In this document: positions 1 through 10,370 of the stretch, in pieces
Numbering within the stretch: the first letter of the stretch is position 1
Layout of the letters: every line of letters starts with the position of its first letter
Assembly (NCBI GenBank): GCA_021731085.1
Contig: JAKFYB010000005.1
Span: 34,357 to 98,356, forward strand
DNA from: Dehalococcoidia bacterium
GTDB lineage: Bacteria > Chloroflexota > Dehalococcoidia > DSTF01 > JACRBR01
Reading direction: 5' to 3'
DNA: 64,000 nucleotides
Program-made: the position numbers and the translations under genes
The notes under the pieces: model-generated
The model's input: only the letters and a program-made list of their open reading frames with translations
Databases searched by the model: none
What the model was told of the DNA's origin: nothing

Positions 1-216
1 GATCGAGAAGACATGAAGCTCGCCGCGGTCGCTGAGCTTGACGTCATCCATCGCGTCCGTCGAGAAGCATTTGCTGCACGCCATGCGCGAACCAAGGTAC
101 GTGGTCCCGCACTTCTTGCAGCGGCTGCCCTGAAGATATGGCGCGCCATCGGCCGGGACCTTCAGGAATGGGACGATGGGTTTGGACTGCTTTTCTGCGG
201 CTGGTGCGTCTGCCAA
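1..216 (-). CDS. DUF35-type Zn-ribbon/OB-fold protein (5' part; runs off window start)
   Basis: Hand translation, absent from ORF track: AAGGAGG RBS then TTG; MADAPAAEKQSKPIVPFLKVPADGAPYLQGSRCKKCG...MACSKCFS...KLSDRGELHVFSI with two CxxC pairs. Confidence 0.8.
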   Translation of the reverse strand, partial: MADAPAAEKQSKPIVPFLKVPADGAPYLQGSRCKKCGTTYLGSRMACSKCFSTDAMDDVKLSDRGELHVFSI

Positions 217-478
217 TGCGGCCTCCTTGTGAAGATCCGCTATTCACGGATCGCTGAGAGATTGCCGCGTGCAGGGTTCAGGGATGAGATGCCGTGCTTG
301 GACGCTTGTCGGGCGCCCACAGATGTTCGCATCCACGTGCTGCACGGCCCATTCGGCGAGGCTCCGCTTGCCTAACCGGAGAGGCGATCGCAAGTATCGA
401 TCCGTATGCGGCCGTGGGTCAAGCTCCACAGAAACGTGATCTGGACGCTATGACTCCTTCGCAACAACGAAAGCGAGG

Positions 479-892
479 CTACACTGGCCGCTCGCCCAGA
501 TCTTGCGCGAACCGCAACAGATAGCCATCCGGGTCGACGACGATGAACTGCTGGTTGCCGACTTCGGCACCCTCCCGCCGATACCACTTCTCCTCGATGG
601 GAAGGAAGATGGGCGCACCCGACGCGATGACCCGCTCGTACAAGACATCCACTTCCGTCACCTCGATCTGGAAGTTGACGCCGCGACCGAACGGCTGTGC
701 CAGCTCGCCGTTCACGAAGGCGCGGTCAGTCGGCTGCTCTAGCATGATTTGCGCGCCCTCGCGGTCGAGATACGCGAATCGCTCCTCCGGACGGGCATAC
801 ACGATGTCGAACCCAAGCACCTCCGTGTAGAACCGCAGGCTACGCTCGAAGTCCGAGCACACGAGTTCGGGGACGAGCTTCGCGTACTTCAT
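479..892 (-). CDS. VOC/glyoxalase (bleomycin resistance-like) protein
   Basis: MKYAKLVPELVCSDFERSLRFY...GRGVNFQI...VVDPDGYLLRF; start moved to ATG at 892. Confidence 0.9.
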   Translation of the reverse strand: MKYAKLVPELVCSDFERSLRFYTEVLGFDIVYARPEERFAYLDREGAQIMLEQPTDRAFVNGELAQPFGRGVNFQIEVTEVDVLYERVIASGAPIFLPIEEKWYRREGAEVGNQQFIVVDPDGYLLRFAQDLGERPV

Positions 893-943
893 ACGCCAAG
901 CGTACCGTCGATCGAGACATCGCCGGTGTGCGATACTCGCGCC

Positions 944-1741
944 ATGCACCCACCTCCCGTGCAATACGTCACCACCGTGGATGGTGTCCGCACTGCGTTC
1001 ACCGTCACAGGAAGCGGGCCGCCGCTCGTCGTTCTCAACGAGCCGAGCGCGAGCCATGTCGAGCGCGAGTGGACGGAGCCGACTCTTGGCCCCATCCTCG
1101 CCCACCTCGCGCAGCGCGTCACGCTAATCCGCCTCGATGTTCGGGGTACAGGACTTTCGGACCGCGTGACCGATCCTGGAACCGATGCTGTGGTTGGAGA
1201 GTTGCGCGCCGTCCTGGGCCGGCTGGGCGTCGAGCGCTATGCGCTCGTCGGCACACAATCGCTCGCTCCTGCTTCGATCATCTATGCGGCGACGTATCCG
1301 GACGAAGTCACCGCGCTCATCCTGATCGACCCTGCCCTCCGCGTCCTCGACATGGTCGCTTCGCCCCAACTGACCGCGGTCATCGTCTCGGCCGGGGCCG
1401 ACTGGACGATCGCGTCGGAGGTCATCGGGCGACAGGTATTCGGGATCGGGCGCATGGAGGCACGCGATTTCGGGGCGCATATCCGAGCGTGCATCACGCC
1501 GGAGTTCTACGCGATGGCCCTCCGGGCGACGAACATCCTCGATGCGACTGATGCCGCCACCGAAGTCCGCGCACGCACGATGGTCGTTCGCCACGAGGAC
1601 CACCCGTACGTAACGGCAGAACTGGCGCGTGATGTCACCGCGACAATCCCGGGAGCCAGCCAGATCACCGTGCCAGGCCTCTGGGCTGACGACCCGATCG
1701 GCATGACAGACCGCGTCCTGGGCTGGCTGCTCATCGAATGA
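944..1741 (+). CDS. alpha/beta-hydrolase-fold protein, probably non-catalytic; paralog of the N-terminal domain of the downstream cyclase
   Basis: VQYVTTVDGVRTAF..GSGPP, DVRGTGLSDR; nucleophile elbow is LVGTQS instead of GxSxG. Confidence 0.8.
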   Translation: MHPPPVQYVTTVDGVRTAFTVTGSGPPLVVLNEPSASHVEREWTEPTLGPILAHLAQRVTLIRLDVRGTGLSDRVTDPGTDAVVGELRAVLGRLGVERYALVGTQSLAPASIIYAATYPDEVTALILIDPALRVLDMVASPQLTAVIVSAGADWTIASEVIGRQVFGIGRMEARDFGAHIRACITPEFYAMALRATNILDATDAATEVRARTMVVRHEDHPYVTAELARDVTATIPGASQITVPGLWADDPIGMTDRVLGWLLIE

Positions 1742-1813
1742 CGCGAGCATAGTTCTGGGCCGTTTTGCTTTACGCCATTGCGAACCAATGCCGGCGCGCC
1801 GATACTTACGCCC

Positions 1814-3163
1814 ATGCCGCCACCCATCGTCCAGTACGTCACCACGAGCGACGGTGTCCGTGTTGCCTACACGGTCTGCGGCACGGGCCCGCCGGCCATC
1901 GTGCTGACGGACCCCAGCGTCAGCCATGTCGAACTTGAGTGGTCGCAGCCAATCCTTCGCGATATCTATGGCCGCCTGGCGCAGGACCTCACGCTGATCC
2001 GGATCGACATCCGCGGGACTGGCCTGTCGGATCGCGTCCAGTCCGTTGGCCCTGACACGATCTACGGCGAGATTCGCGCCGTCGTCGAGAAGCTCGGCTT
2101 GCAGCGCTACATCATCGGCGCGGTCCAGATCGTCTCGCCAGCGGCCATCATCTATGCGTCGCGATACCCAAACGAAGTGACGCATCTCGTCCTCATCGAT
2201 GGCTGCCTGAGTGTGATGCAGCTCTTCACCAGCCCGCAGATCGCCGCCGTCATCGCCGCTGGCCAGGCCGACTGGGTGACGGGTACCGAGGCAATCGGTT
2301 CATTCACGTTCGGCGCGGGCCATGCGGAATCCGTCGGCTACGGCACGTACATCCGGTCGTGCATCGACCAGACGTTCTTTCCGCTGGCGATGCAGGCGAG
2401 CCACGTTCACGACTCAACTCCCGTCGCGAAAGACGTGCGCGCTCCCACCCTGATCGTCAAGCACGCCGGCAACACGATCCCGATGGATGTCGCGCGCAAC
2501 GTTGCGACCAATATCCCAAACGCGAGCCTCGTCACGACGCCCGGGCTCTGGGCAGACGAACCCGTCGCCCTCGCCGAGCGTATGCTCGACTGGCTCGCGA
2601 CGACGCTCGCTGCTGAGGAAATGGAGCCCGCTCCATCTGCAAGCGACGCATCTCCGGCACAAACCGGCGTGCGTACCATCCTCTTCACCGACATCGAAGG
2701 TCACACGCAGATGATGCAACGCCTCGGCGATGATGCTGGACGCTCGCTCCTGCGAGAGCACGAGCGCATCACGCGCGATGTTATCGCGAAGCATGGAGGC
2801 GACGAGATAAAGACGATCGGCGACGCGTTCATGGTGTCGTTTGGCTCTGTGACGGCGGCGGCTCAGTGCGCAATCGACCTGCAGCAGGCGATCACGACAG
2901 AACCCATGACCGAACGCTTGAAGATTCGCATCGGGCTGAACGCAGGGGAACCCATCGCCGAGGAAGGCGACCTGTTCGGGTCGTCGGTCATCATCGCTTC
3001 GCGTATCGTTTCCCAGGCGAACGGAGGCGAGATCCTCGTCTCCGATGTCGTCCGCGGACTGCTTTCCGGCAAGCCGTTCATGTTCGCCGACCGTGGCGAC
3101 GTAGCACTGCGCGGGTTCGAGGACCCCATCCGCCTCTACGAACTCCGCTGGCAGCCAGCCTAG
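1814..3163 (+). CDS. alpha/beta-hydrolase-fold plus class III adenylate/guanylate cyclase fusion (Rv1900c/LipJ-like architecture)
   Basis: C-terminal TILFTDIEGHT, IKTIGDAFM, RIGLNAGE, DLFGSSVIIASRI motifs. Confidence 0.9.
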   Translation: MPPPIVQYVTTSDGVRVAYTVCGTGPPAIVLTDPSVSHVELEWSQPILRDIYGRLAQDLTLIRIDIRGTGLSDRVQSVGPDTIYGEIRAVVEKLGLQRYIIGAVQIVSPAAIIYASRYPNEVTHLVLIDGCLSVMQLFTSPQIAAVIAAGQADWVTGTEAIGSFTFGAGHAESVGYGTYIRSCIDQTFFPLAMQASHVHDSTPVAKDVRAPTLIVKHAGNTIPMDVARNVATNIPNASLVTTPGLWADEPVALAERMLDWLATTLAAEEMEPAPSASDASPAQTGVRTILFTDIEGHTQMMQRLGDDAGRSLLREHERITRDVIAKHGGDEIKTIGDAFMVSFGSVTAAAQCAIDLQQAITTEPMTERLKIRIGLNAGEPIAEEGDLFGSSVIIASRIVSQANGGEILVSDVVRGLLSGKPFMFADRGDVALRGFEDPIRLYELRWQPA

Positions 3164-3225
3164 CGCCGCCTCTATTGCTGTCACACGTCACCCTTTCGGG
3201 CCGTCGGCTGTAACCTGTAACCACC

Positions 3226-3873
3226 ATGGATCTGCGGCTTTTTCCGCTGAACACCGTCCTCTTCCCGAACATGCGGCTGCCGCTGCATATCTTCGAAGAG
3301 CGCTACAAGGTCATGATCCGCGAATGCATCGAGGAGGATGCGCCGTTCGGCGTGATCCTCGTGAAGTCGGGCGATGAGGTCGGCGACACGCCGGTGCCCT
3401 ACGAGGTGGGCACGACGGCCCGCATCATCCAGGTTGAGTACCTCGACGACGGGCGCATGAACATCTTCAGCATGGGCCACGAGCGCTTCCGCACGATCGC
3501 GATCACGACGACCGAGCCGTACCTGCACGCCGAAGTGACACTGCTCGAACAGCTGCCCGTCGGCGAAGCGGGATGGTCGGTCATGCCGCGCGCACGGCAG
3601 ATGTTCGACGACTACTTCAAGACGTACTTCTCGATCGCCGACCAGTGGGTGCGGGAGGTCTATCTGCCGCCGGACCCCGCTGATGCCGCCGACTACATCG
3701 CCGCACGCTGCGATGTACCACCCGAGGCCAAGCAGAAGTGGCTCGAGGAACTCGATCCGGAGGCGCGACTGCGGATGGAGCTGGAACTGATCAGCGAGGC
3801 GCTGCCGGAGATGCACGGCCGCCTCGTCGCGCACCTGCGCCAGAAGACGACGGGTTTCGGAGTGATGAACTGA
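3226..3873 (+). CDS. Stand-alone Lon N-terminal substrate-binding domain protein
   Basis: LFPLNTVLFP...LPLHIFEERY...VGTTARI. Confidence 0.9.
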   Translation: MDLRLFPLNTVLFPNMRLPLHIFEERYKVMIRECIEEDAPFGVILVKSGDEVGDTPVPYEVGTTARIIQVEYLDDGRMNIFSMGHERFRTIAITTTEPYLHAEVTLLEQLPVGEAGWSVMPRARQMFDDYFKTYFSIADQWVREVYLPPDPADAADYIAARCDVPPEAKQKWLEELDPEARLRMELELISEALPEMHGRLVAHLRQKTTGFGVMN

Positions 3874-3937
3874 GCTCGTCTCTCCACGAACGGCCACGAA
3901 TACGGCGAAGGATTCGAGGAAGCTGTCGGCCCAGAGC

Positions 3938-4046
3938 ATTTCGTTTCGCACTTCTGCCGTATTGAAGCTATTTCGTTTCGCACTATCGCCGTCTTGTGGG
4001 CATTTCGTTTCGCACTTTTCAACCTTCCCGGACTTCTATTCGCACT
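3938..4046 (-). repeat. Mini array of a 15-bp repeat (AGTGCGAAACGAAAT on minus strand): three perfect copies plus one 12/15 copy
   Basis: ATTTCGTTTCGCACT at 3938, 3970 and 4002 (32-bp period); ACTTCTATTCGCACT at 4032-4046 overlapping the stop codon of the adjacent ORF. Confidence 0.9.
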
Positions 4047-4573
4047 TATTCGTCGACGTCAGCACTGCTGAGACTTACATCCAGGCGTGCGAGGGGGGCG
4101 TGGCGGCCCGAGCGGCGATCCTGAAGGGCCTGCAGTTCGTGCAATGTCTGGGTGAGCTGCCTGTTGAGGTGTGCTTCGTATCGCATGATGGGGCGAAGGG
4201 CCGTGGGCGCAGGCAAGGTAAGGGGCAGATTCTCAGGTGGTTCGGCCGCAGCGCGCCAAGGGTCGAGCATACTGGGCTTGCGTCGCACGGCCTCGTATTC
4301 CGTCGGGCGCTCGAGGCGGTCGTACACGGCGTCATGCTCGGCCCGGGCGACACGGCGAAGCCGCCAAAGAATTTCTGCGATCCGGTGGGCGAACGCCTCT
4401 TCGAGCGTGCCTAGCGGTTCGAGGGCGTCTGCGGTCGCGGACGCGAAAGCCGCCCAATCCTCCTGAACCTCATCGGGCAGGACGATTTCCTGCGCGCTGA
4501 GGCCGTGGCGAAGACTATTTCGTGCGGCGATTGCTTTGCCTGCGGGTGTCGTGGGTCCGGTCTGGTCGGGCAT
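4046..4573 (-). CDS. Uncharacterised helical protein with TGPxTxxGK...NxxxHGL N-terminal motif
   Basis: AGGAGG RBS; MPDQTGPTTPAGKAIAARNSLRHGL...LWRLRR...RYEAHLNRQL. Confidence 0.8.
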   Translation of the reverse strand: MPDQTGPTTPAGKAIAARNSLRHGLSAQEIVLPDEVQEDWAAFASATADALEPLGTLEEAFAHRIAEILWRLRRVARAEHDAVYDRLERPTEYEAVRRKPSMLDPWRAAAEPPENLPLTLPAPTALRPIMRYEAHLNRQLTQTLHELQALQDRRSGRHAPLARLDVSLSSADVDE

Positions 4574-4712
4574 GGGTCACCTCCTGGTTAGGAATTCCCA
4601 TACAACGGCTCGAAACGCCAAGGGCGCGATGGCACTTCAGTCGTCTTGCTGCTCATAAGGCATAGCCGCCGTATCATGCAGCCCCAAACGCAATGGAAAG
4701 GACACGAGACCA

Positions 4713-5729
4713 ATGGCACTGGAAATGCGGCCCTTCGGCCGAACGGGCGTGAAAGTATCGAGCATCTGCCTGGGGGCGATGATGTTCGGGGCGAAGACGA
4801 ACCTTGAGGACTCCTGCGCGATCGTCGATAAGGCGCTCGACTCCGGCATCAACTTCATCGACACCGCGAACGTGTACTCGCGCGGCCGCAGCGAAGAGGC
4901 CGTCGGCGAGGCGCTGGCCCGCAACGGCAAGCGCAACCGGACCTTCCTGGCTACGAAGGTGCATGGCGCGATGGACGACGACGACCCGAACATGCAGGGC
5001 ACGTCGCGCCGCCACATCATCCAGCAATGCGATGAGTCACTGCGCCGCCTGAAGACGGACTGGATCGACCTCTACCAGATCCACCGCCCGCGCTCCGACA
5101 CGGCGATCGACGAGACACTCCGGGCGCTCGATGACCTGATCCGCGCCGGCAAGGTGCGGTACATCGGGAGCAGCACGTACGCCGCGTACCAGCTCGTGGA
5201 ATCGATCTTCATCGCGAAGGAGCTGGGCACCCACCGCTACGTCTGCGAGCAGCCGCCGTACAACCTGCTCGACCGCCGCATCGAGCGCGAACTGTTGCCG
5301 ATGGCGCAGAGCTACGGCATGGCGATTATTCCGTGGTCGCCCTTGGCGGGTGGACTGCTGACGGGCAAGTACCAGCGGGGCGACGAGCCTCCGGAGGGGT
5401 CACGCTTCGCTGACCAGACTAACCCGCTGTACCGCCGCCGCTTGAACGACCGCATCTATGATGTTGTCGAGGGCTTGCAGCCGATGGCCGAAGCAAAGGG
5501 CGTCACGCTATCGCAACTGGCGCTCGGCTGGGTACACCAACAGACGGGCGTCACATCGCCGATCATCGGGCCGCGGGCGATGGAGCAGTTCGACGACAAC
5601 ATGAAGGCGGTCGAGGTCTCGTTCGAGGACGATGAGCTGCGCCAGGTCAACCGCGTTATTCGCCGCGGAGAAAGCGTCGCGCCGTTCTATGAGGCGGACT
5701 TCGGCCCCGCGCAGTACGCGCGGCGATAG
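4713..5729 (+). CDS. Aldo/keto reductase
   Basis: GINFIDTANVY, LATK, IDLYQIH, PWSPLAGGLLTGKY. Confidence 0.95.
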   Translation: MALEMRPFGRTGVKVSSICLGAMMFGAKTNLEDSCAIVDKALDSGINFIDTANVYSRGRSEEAVGEALARNGKRNRTFLATKVHGAMDDDDPNMQGTSRRHIIQQCDESLRRLKTDWIDLYQIHRPRSDTAIDETLRALDDLIRAGKVRYIGSSTYAAYQLVESIFIAKELGTHRYVCEQPPYNLLDRRIERELLPMAQSYGMAIIPWSPLAGGLLTGKYQRGDEPPEGSRFADQTNPLYRRRLNDRIYDVVEGLQPMAEAKGVTLSQLALGWVHQQTGVTSPIIGPRAMEQFDDNMKAVEVSFEDDELRQVNRVIRRGESVAPFYEADFGPAQYARR

Positions 5730-5777
5730 AGGCGGCGGGGCGCATGCGCCATCCGATTCTGGCCCGCGCGCGCCGAG

Positions 5778-6230
5778 TTAGGTGGACTCGTATTCGCCAA
5801 GCCAGCGTGCGTTTGGAAACGCGTCCCCGATGGCGCGCAACAAGCGCTGGTCGTCGGTCCAGAAATTAGCCCCGAGCCGGACAGCGAGCGCGAGATACAT
5901 TGCGTCGTAGAGGCTCGCCAAGCCGTGCTGCGCGGCGAGTTCGAAGGCGGCTCTTGGAAGTTCCGGAACGAAGACAACCGGGAACTCCATCGCGAGGAAA
6001 CTTGCAAGCGCAGCCTCAGCTCGTGCGAGGGAAACATTCTGACGGCGGACCTGCTGGTACGCAGCGTTAGCAACCTCGCTATGAAAGTGAGGTGGAACGC
6101 TCACCCTCACACCACCACGGCGAAGTTCAGTAACGAGAGACAGCGCGCGATCAGAATAGGGTTCATCGATAACAAGCTTGACGGCGACGCTCGCGTCCAA
6201 AACGGTCGCACGATCCGGGTCGGCTGCCAC
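5778..6230 (-). CDS. vapC: VapC-family PIN-domain toxin
   Basis: VLDASVAVK, SEVANA, SLYDAMYLALA, WTDDQRL; translationally coupled to the upstream gene. Confidence 0.9.
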   Translation of the reverse strand: MAADPDRATVLDASVAVKLVIDEPYSDRALSLVTELRRGGVRVSVPPHFHSEVANAAYQQVRRQNVSLARAEAALASFLAMEFPVVFVPELPRAAFELAAQHGLASLYDAMYLALAVRLGANFWTDDQRLLRAIGDAFPNARWLGEYEST

Positions 6231-6607
6231 TATCGCTTGTCACGCCATTCGCGAATGATGTCGGTCGAGGATGGGACGAGCTTTCCGCCACGTTCCTTTC
6301 GCATCTCCGCGCGATTTTCTCCTGCGGCCTTCAGTGCGGCGTCGAGCCGGTGGCCTTCTTCTTCGGTCATGGGGCGTAACGATCGGCGGATTGCCTCCCA
6401 CGGATCCGTGCTTGCAAACGCGAAGGCAGGATGTGCTCCCGCCTCATCCACATCTCGCTTCCTCAGTCGAATGATCTTGGGGCCGATGCGTTGTGCCGGA
6501 ATCCGCCCGGCGCTGATCCAGCGCCAGATGGTCGAGGGGCTGACGCCAAGCTCGGCGGCTGCTTCCTTCACGGTCATGTAGTCGCGATGCGCGCTCGTCA
6601 TGGTCAT
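6230..6607 (-). CDS. Putative antitoxin with excisionase-like (HTH_17/BldC-type) DNA-binding domain
   Basis: YMTVKEAAAELGVSPSTIWRWISAGRIPAQRIG; C-terminus SSTDIIREWRD resembles VapB tails. Confidence 0.8.
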   Translation of the reverse strand: MTMTSAHRDYMTVKEAAAELGVSPSTIWRWISAGRIPAQRIGPKIIRLRKRDVDEAGAHPAFAFASTDPWEAIRRSLRPMTEEEGHRLDAALKAAGENRAEMRKERGGKLVPSSTDIIREWRDKR

Positions 6608-6611
6608 ACGT

Positions 6612-6656
6612 TAGCACATGATGCACTTGTTGCACACCATGCACTTGTTGCAGATG
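6612..6656. promoter_or_regulatory. Five 9-bp tandem direct repeats upstream of the antitoxin (candidate operator)
   Basis: tagcacatg atgcacttg ttgcacacc atgcacttg ttgcagatg. Confidence 0.6.
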
Positions 6657-6727
6657 GTCTGCGAGGTAGCAGCGTTGGCTGTGGTACGCTTCTAAATAAG
6701 CCCCCACTAACTTCATGGAGGACTCCC

Positions 6728-7744
6728 GTGTGCGGACGCGCCTTTCTGCTTGCTTGCGCGGCCTTGGTCAGCACCCTGGCGCTCGCGGCCTGTTCGGACG
6801 ATGACGGCGGGCCTTCGATCACGCTCTACTCCGGGCGCAATGAGGCCCTAGTCCAGCCCATCATCGACCAGTTCACGGCCGACACCGGGATCGAAGTCGA
6901 AGTGCGCTACGGCGACACGACGGAACTCGCAGGCGTCCTCCTGGAAGAGGGCGACAACTCCCCCGCGGACCTGTTCTTCGCGCAGGACGCGGGCGCGCTC
7001 GGCGCCGTTTCTGACGAAGGGCAGCTGATGACGCTCCCGCAGCCGGTGCTCGACCTCGTGCCAGCGAAGTTTCGCGCCGACAACGGCCAGTGGGTCGGTC
7101 TCTCCGGCCGCTCACGCGTGGTGGTCTACAACAACACGGCTGAGCTGACAGACGCTGATCTGCCTGACAACATCGATGCCTTCACCGATCCGTCGTGGGA
7201 CGGGCGCATCGGCTGGGTGCCGACGAATGCGTCATTTCAATCATTTGTCACGGCGTATCGCCTGCTTGAGGGTGAAGAAGCGGCGCGGGCATGGCTCGAA
7301 GGCATCCAGGACAACAATCCGACGGTGTATCCAAACAACGGTGCAGCGGTCGAAGGTACCGCCAACGGCGAGGTCGATGTGGCCTTTGTCAACCACTACT
7401 ACCTGTTCCAGTTCCTGGCGGAGCAGGGCGAAGACTTCAGTGCGCGCAACCACTTCCTCTCGGGCGGTGATGTCGGCGCCCTCGTGAACGTGGCCGGCGC
7501 CGGCATCCTCGAATCTTCGGACCACAAGGAGGATGCGCAGGCCCTGATCGAATATCTCCTGTCCAAGGTCGGTCAGGAATACTTTGCGAACAAGACTTAC
7601 GAATATCCGCTCACCGCAGGCATTTCCGTGACCGAAGGGCTACCCCCGCTCGAATCCCTGGAGCCGCCGGAGGTTGACTTGAGCAACCTCGACGACCTCG
7701 CAGGCACGATTGCTCTGCTGCAGGAGACGGGCGTGCTGCAATAA
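6728..7744 (+). CDS. Fe3+ ABC transporter substrate-binding lipoprotein (FutA/AfuA-like)
   Basis: GGAGG RBS + GTG; lipobox LAAC; TLYSGR, VNHYY iron-ligand motif. Confidence 0.9.
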   Translation: MCGRAFLLACAALVSTLALAACSDDDGGPSITLYSGRNEALVQPIIDQFTADTGIEVEVRYGDTTELAGVLLEEGDNSPADLFFAQDAGALGAVSDEGQLMTLPQPVLDLVPAKFRADNGQWVGLSGRSRVVVYNNTAELTDADLPDNIDAFTDPSWDGRIGWVPTNASFQSFVTAYRLLEGEEAARAWLEGIQDNNPTVYPNNGAAVEGTANGEVDVAFVNHYYLFQFLAEQGEDFSARNHFLSGGDVGALVNVAGAGILESSDHKEDAQALIEYLLSKVGQEYFANKTYEYPLTAGISVTEGLPPLESLEPPEVDLSNLDDLAGTIALLQETGVLQ

Positions 7745-7749
7745 CGGCT

Positions 7750-9329
7750 GTGGCTGACTTCGCACGATCCTTCCGACGTCCCGGCTCCGCGCCGACATTC
7801 GTTGTCGTGGCTGCCCTCGCTATTGCCGCGGCGATGCTGCTCCCGACCGCATATCTCGTGGTGCGCGTGCTCGACGAAGGGGTATCGGCATGGGAGGACA
7901 TCACCAGCGTTGCCGCGCGACAGGCCGTCGTTCGCACCGTCGCGCTTGCAACGACCGTAACCGCTGCTTCCGTCGCCCTCGGCGTATCGCTTGGTTGGTT
8001 GACGGCCCGCACGGACTTGCCATTGCGGCGAATGTGGACGGTCCTGCTGGCGCTGCCCCTCGCCGTGCCCTCATACGTCGGCGCGTACACATTCGTCGCC
8101 GCCTTCGGCCCGCGTGGCATGCTGCAAGACGTGCTGTCACCACTCGGGGTCGCGACGCTGCCCGAGATCTACGGTTTTCGCGGTGCGTGGCTCGTGCTGA
8201 CGCTGTTCACGTTCCCGTACGTGCTTCTGCCCGTGCGGGCTGCGCTGCACATGATGGATCGCTCGTTTGAAGAAGCTGCGCGCGGACTCGGCGCCAGCCG
8301 GGCTGAGGCCTTCTGGCGCGTGACGCTGCCGCAGCTTCGGCCCGCCATCGCCGCGGGCGGGGTCCTCGTCGCGCTGTATACGCTCAGCGATTTTGGCGCG
8401 GTGTCGATCCTCCGCTTCGACTCGCTGTCACGCGTGATCTACATCCGCTACACGTCCTTCGACCGCGGGTCCGCGGCCGCGTTCGCGCTCGTGCTCGTCG
8501 CGCTCTCGCTCGTGGTCGTCATTGGCGAGAGCATGCTGCGCGGAAAGGCGCGCTACCACGCAACGACGCGGCATGCGGCCGCGCCCGTCGTACGTCTCGG
8601 CGCCTGGAAATGGCCAGCGTTCGCGTTCTGCACGAGTGTCGTCATCATCTCGCTCGTCGTCCCGTTGTCCGTCATCGCGTACTGGCTCGCGCGCGCAGCC
8701 ACCGATGACAGCGCTTCCTGGCTGACGCGCGAGGCAGCGTGGAACTCCGTCTACGCGTCCGGCCTCGCAGCCCTCGTTGCTGTTGCCGCTTCGCTGCCGA
8801 TTGCCCTGATGGCCGTGCGTTACCCCGGTGCCCTCGCTTCCGTCGCCGAGAAGGCCGCCTACACCGGCTATGCGCTGCCGGGCATCACGATCGCGCTTGC
8901 GCTGGTGTTCTTCGCAGCCAACTACGCGCCATCGCTCTACCAGACAATGCCGCTGCTGATCTTCGCTTATACCGTTCGTTTCCTCCCGCAAGCGCTCGGT
9001 TCTTCGCGCACCGCGCTGCTGCAGGTGAATCCGAACACCGAGGACGCGGCGCGCGGGCTTGGTAGGAGCCGGGCCACAGTGTTTCGGCGCGTCACGCTCC
9101 CGCAAATCGTGCCGGGCCTGACGAGCGGCGCTCTCCTCGTCTTTCTGACCGTGATGAAGGAACTGCCCGTTACGCTGCTCGTCAGCCCTATCGGCTTCGA
9201 CACGCTCGCGACGCGCGTATGGTCGGCGACGAGCGAGGGGTTTTTCGCGCGCGCCGCCCTCCCCGCCCTCTTGCTCGTGGCGCTTTCCTCTATTCCGTTG
9301 TTAGTGTCAGTGCTGCGGGAGGAACGCGC

Positions 9330-9333
<4 letters not shown>
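7750..9333 (+). CDS. Fe3+ ABC transporter permease
   Basis: Duplicated TM halves with two EAA-like motifs (EEAARGLG, EDAARGLG). Confidence 0.92.
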
Positions 9334-10355
<1,022 letters not shown>

Positions 10356-10370
10356 CTCAAGACTTCGAAG

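Noticed and set aside
3938-4046. Canonical CRISPR array
   Set aside because: Repeats (15 bp) and spacers (15-17 bp) are too short, two spacers resemble each other, and there are no cas genes; kept as a non-CRISPR array finding.
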